Source of the DNA: an uncultured Flavobacteriales bacterium
GTDB taxonomy: Bacteria > Bacteroidota > Bacteroidia > CAIKAF01
Assembly (NCBI GenBank): GCA_903837495.1
Contig: CAILUT010000006.1
Coordinates: 392 to 64,391 of the forward strand
Direction: 5' to 3'
DNA: 64,000 nt
Shown here piece after piece: positions 61,370-64,000 of this stretch (positions are counted from its first letter, which is position 1; every line of letters starts with the position of its first letter). The notes beneath the pieces were generated by a model that searched no databases, was not told the origin of the DNA, and saw nothing but the letters and a program-made list of their open reading frames with translations. Made by a program: the position numbers and the translations under genes.

Positions 61370-62275
61370 ATGCATTTAGCTATTTTGTCCAGAAACGCAA
61401 ATTTGTATTCTACAAAGCGACTCGTACAAGCTGCCGAGCAGCGGGGACATCGTGTAACTGTCATAGACGTGCTAAAGTGCAACCTATTGATGGAAAAGCG
61501 AAATCCCGGTATTTATTACCAAAACGGATATGTAACCGATGTAGATGGGGTCATACCCCGAATCGGCGCCTCGGTAACCTTTTACGGCACTGCTGTGGTT
61601 CGGCAATTTGAAATGAAAAAGGTGTTTTCGGCCGTTGAAAGTCAAGCCTTGGTGCGTTCCCGCGACAAACTCCGCTCCCTTCAAATTTTAAGCCGGGCAG
61701 GACTGGGTTTGCCCAAAACCGTTTTTACCAATTTTGCCCGAAACGTTGACCCCATCTTAGAAACCTTAGGTACTCCCGTTGTTATCAAAATATTGGAAGG
61801 TACCCAAGGCCTTGGTGTTGTATTGGCCGAAAACCGCAATGCTGCAAAATCGGTGATCGAGGCATTTCACAGTCTGAAAGTGCGCATTATTATGCAGGAA
61901 TTTATTGCCGAAGCCAAAGGTGCCGATATCCGTGCTTTTGTGGTGGACGGAAAAGTGGTGGGTGCCATGAAAAGGCAGGCCAAAGAAGGAGAATTTCGGT
62001 CCAACCTGCATCAAGGGGGCAGCGCCAGTGTAGTTCGGTTAAATGCCGAAGAAAAAGAAACGGCCCTTCGGGCTGCAAAAGCCATGGGATTGGGAGTGGC
62101 AGGAGTAGATATGCTTCAATCTAAGCGAGGCCCCTTGGTTATGGAGGTGAATTCTTCGCCTGGCTTAGAAGGAATTGAAAAGGCCACAGGCAAAGACATC
62201 GCCGGAAAAATCATCCAATACATGGAACGCAATCAGTTCCGAAATGGCATTCAGAAAGACCGAATCAATGCTTGA
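61370..62275 (+). CDS. rimK: RimK-family alpha-L-glutamate ligase (ATP-grasp)
   Basis: MHLAILSR… N-terminus and ATP-grasp motifs. Paired with the desuccinylase-family gene. Confidence 0.85.
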   Translation: MHLAILSRNANLYSTKRLVQAAEQRGHRVTVIDVLKCNLLMEKRNPGIYYQNGYVTDVDGVIPRIGASVTFYGTAVVRQFEMKKVFSAVESQALVRSRDKLRSLQILSRAGLGLPKTVFTNFARNVDPILETLGTPVVIKILEGTQGLGVVLAENRNAAKSVIEAFHSLKVRIIMQEFIAEAKGADIRAFVVDGKVVGAMKRQAKEGEFRSNLHQGGSASVVRLNAEEKETALRAAKAMGLGVAGVDMLQSKRGPLVMEVNSSPGLEGIEKATGKDIAGKIIQYMERNQFRNGIQKDRINA

Positions 62276-63215
62276 ACCTATTTTTATTGGACAGGCCGCC
62301 ATTGGTCCCGGCGAAAACCGTGTGGTCCAAATGCCCCTGGGTAGCTTTCCCTCTGGAGCCCTGGTCGAAGTTCCCATTCATGTGAGCCGTTCCCAATTTT
62401 CTGGTCCCACCGTTTTACTGATGGCTGGCCTGCATGGCGATGAAATCAACGGTGTCGAAATTCTACGGCGGGTACTGGAATCCGGCATCAATGTTCCGAA
62501 CATCGGTAGCACCATCACCATTCCTTTGCTCAATGCCTTTGGATTCATTCACTCTACCCGCGACGCCGTTCAAAGCAAAGATGTAAACCGCTCCTTTCCC
62601 GGCAATGCCAACGGCAGCATGGCCTCGCGCATGGCTCACTTAATCAACCGCAGCATTTTGCCCCTGATCGATGTAGGTATTGATTTGCATACCGGCGGAG
62701 CCAGCCGCTACAATTATCCGCAAATTCGGGCTGAACTGAACCGATGGAACAACCTAGAACTTGCCATGGCGTTCGCAGCCCCCTTTAGCATTCAGGCTCC
62801 CCTCCGTCCTGGAAGCCTACGGCAGGCCGCCAAACAATTGAAAAAATCCATTTTGGTGTACGAAGGCGGCGAATCTCAGCGCTTCGATGAAACGTCCATC
62901 AGCGAAGGATACCAAGGTATTCACCGGTTTTTAAGCCACTTAGGCATGGCCAACAATCCCCCCATCCAACAAAAAAATCTGCACATTCTAAAATCCATGT
63001 CCTGGATCCGTAGCCCCATGTCGGGGTTGTTTCAGTCGTTTGTAGAAGCCGGACAATGGATACACAAAAAGCAAACCCTTGGAGTGGTTACCGATATTCA
63101 TGGTATGACCCGGCAGCTCATTGTCGCCAAAAAAGAAGGTTTTATTGTTGGCTTAAACTGCAATCCCGTTGTGCATTTGGGCGATGCCCTAGTTAACTTG
63201 GGAACCAAAGAATGA
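62268..63215 (+). CDS. Succinylglutamate desuccinylase/aspartoacylase-family (AstE/AspA) Zn-hydrolase
   Basis: …[16 protein letters not shown]… metal-binding motif. ATG at 62268 overlaps the rimK stop. Confidence 0.75.
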   Translation: MLEPIFIGQAAIGPGENRVVQMPLGSFPSGALVEVPIHVSRSQFSGPTVLLMAGLHGDEINGVEILRRVLESGINVPNIGSTITIPLLNAFGFIHSTRDAVQSKDVNRSFPGNANGSMASRMAHLINRSILPLIDVGIDLHTGGASRYNYPQIRAELNRWNNLELAMAFAAPFSIQAPLRPGSLRQAAKQLKKSILVYEGGESQRFDETSISEGYQGIHRFLSHLGMANNPPIQQKNLHILKSMSWIRSPMSGLFQSFVEAGQWIHKKQTLGVVTDIHGMTRQLIVAKKEGFIVGLNCNPVVHLGDALVNLGTKE

Positions 63216-64000
63216 AACGGGTACTCATCACCGAGCCCTTGCATGCCATTTTCACTGAAAAACTGCAGCAAAACGGAATTCAAGCCCTTCAACTTCCTCC
63301 GAATTCGGAACGAAAAGAGGTGCTGAATGCCCTAAAAGGAGTTCAGGGCGTAGCATTGAGAAGTCGCTTTAAGATGGATAAGGAAGCGATTGATGCAGGG
63401 CTTGAACTTCAGGCAATTGGCCGAGCTGGTTCTGGTTTAGAGTTGATTGATTTAGACTATGCAACCCAAAAAGGAATAAGGTGCTTTAACTCGCCCGAAG
63501 GCAACTGCGCCTCGGTTGCCGAGCATGTGATTGGCATGCTTCTCACGTTAATGCATCAAATACGCAAATCGGATGCAGAAATGCAACAAGGGATTTTTGA
63601 CCGGGCCGGCAATTGGGGTCGAGAATTAGGGGGAAAAACCATCGGGATTGTAGGGCTGGGGCACACGGGTTCGGCTTTGGCAAGCCGGTTGCAAAGCTGG
63701 AATGTTCGGATATTGGCCGTAGATCCCTACCGTACAGAGGCTTGGCCCGATTATGTGCAGCAGGCAAGCCTATCCGATTTGCAGCAGCAGGCTGATATTC
63801 TGAGTTTTCATGTGCCGCTAACCGATGAAACCCGTGGAATGATTTCCCTAGAATGGCTGCAGAACTTGGTGCAAAAGCCTATACTTGTGAATGCGGCTCG
63901 CGGCGGACTTGCACGCAGTTCAGACTTGGCCGCGGCCCTTGAACAGGGCCTTTTGGAAGGACTCTGCCTAGATACCTTTGAAGAGGAGGCCTTGGGCTTT
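63212..64000 (+). CDS. D-isomer-specific 2-hydroxyacid dehydrogenase (PGDH-like), 3' end beyond the window
   Basis: NAD-binding GIVGLGHTGSALA in the open frame from ATG 63212 to the window end. Not in the ORF track because it is unterminated. Confidence 0.8.
   Translation, partial: MKRVLITEPLHAIFTEKLQQNGIQALQLPPNSERKEVLNALKGVQGVALRSRFKMDKEAIDAGLELQAIGRAGSGLELIDLDYATQKGIRCFNSPEGNCASVAEHVIGMLLTLMHQIRKSDAEMQQGIFDRAGNWGRELGGKTIGIVGLGHTGSALASRLQSWNVRILAVDPYRTEAWPDYVQQASLSDLQQQADILSFHVPLTDETRGMISLEWLQNLVQKPILVNAARGGLARSSDLAAALEQGLLEGLCLDTFEEEALGF

Overview
Chromosomal segment from a Bacteroidota genome (about 50% GC; the gld/por type IX secretion genes, T9SS C-terminal sorting domains and lack of Shine-Dalgarno dependence point to the phylum). 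Most of the window is conserved housekeeping backbone. That backbone includes thiL, a complete sufA-like/sufBCDSE/sufT Fe-S operon, topA and the gliding/T9SS core operon porP(sprF)-gldK-gldL-gldM-gldN. It also includes meaB, ndk, a DHH phosphoesterase, FKBP isomerases, hpf, xerD-rpsU and tRNA-Arg. Further along come comEC, zapA-rny, an ECF sigma factor, DASS and EamA transporters, ccmBC, a beta-CASP RNase and a paaABCD cluster preceded by an MbnP/MbnH-like pair. The window ends with dtd, mazG, rimK with its desuccinylase partner and a partial 2-hydroxyacid dehydrogenase. Two accessory-like stretches stand out. The first (28.4-34.1 kb) holds two tandem paralogous FGE-sulfatase-domain proteins that share mosaic, near-identical DNA segments. 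Each is followed by a 21-bp minisatellite array, and a BNR T9SS cargo protein lies just downstream. The second (53.9-60.4 kb) holds a Gly-rich/PKD secreted protein, another FGE-like protein, a roughly 770-aa MORN/YwqK-repeat protein and a DUF1566 protein. Two proteins in this second stretch share an unnamed N-terminal module. The most striking non-coding signal is a family of roughly 150-bp GC-rich elements, six copies including two inverted pairs. Each starts with GGGGGCGG directly after a terminator T-run at a gene 3' end. A separate composite direct/inverted repeat cluster at 45.1-45.4 kb lies upstream of the DASS transporter. I found no CRISPR array, prophage or recognisable defence operon. 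All functional calls rest on motif recognition by eye and are not database-verified.
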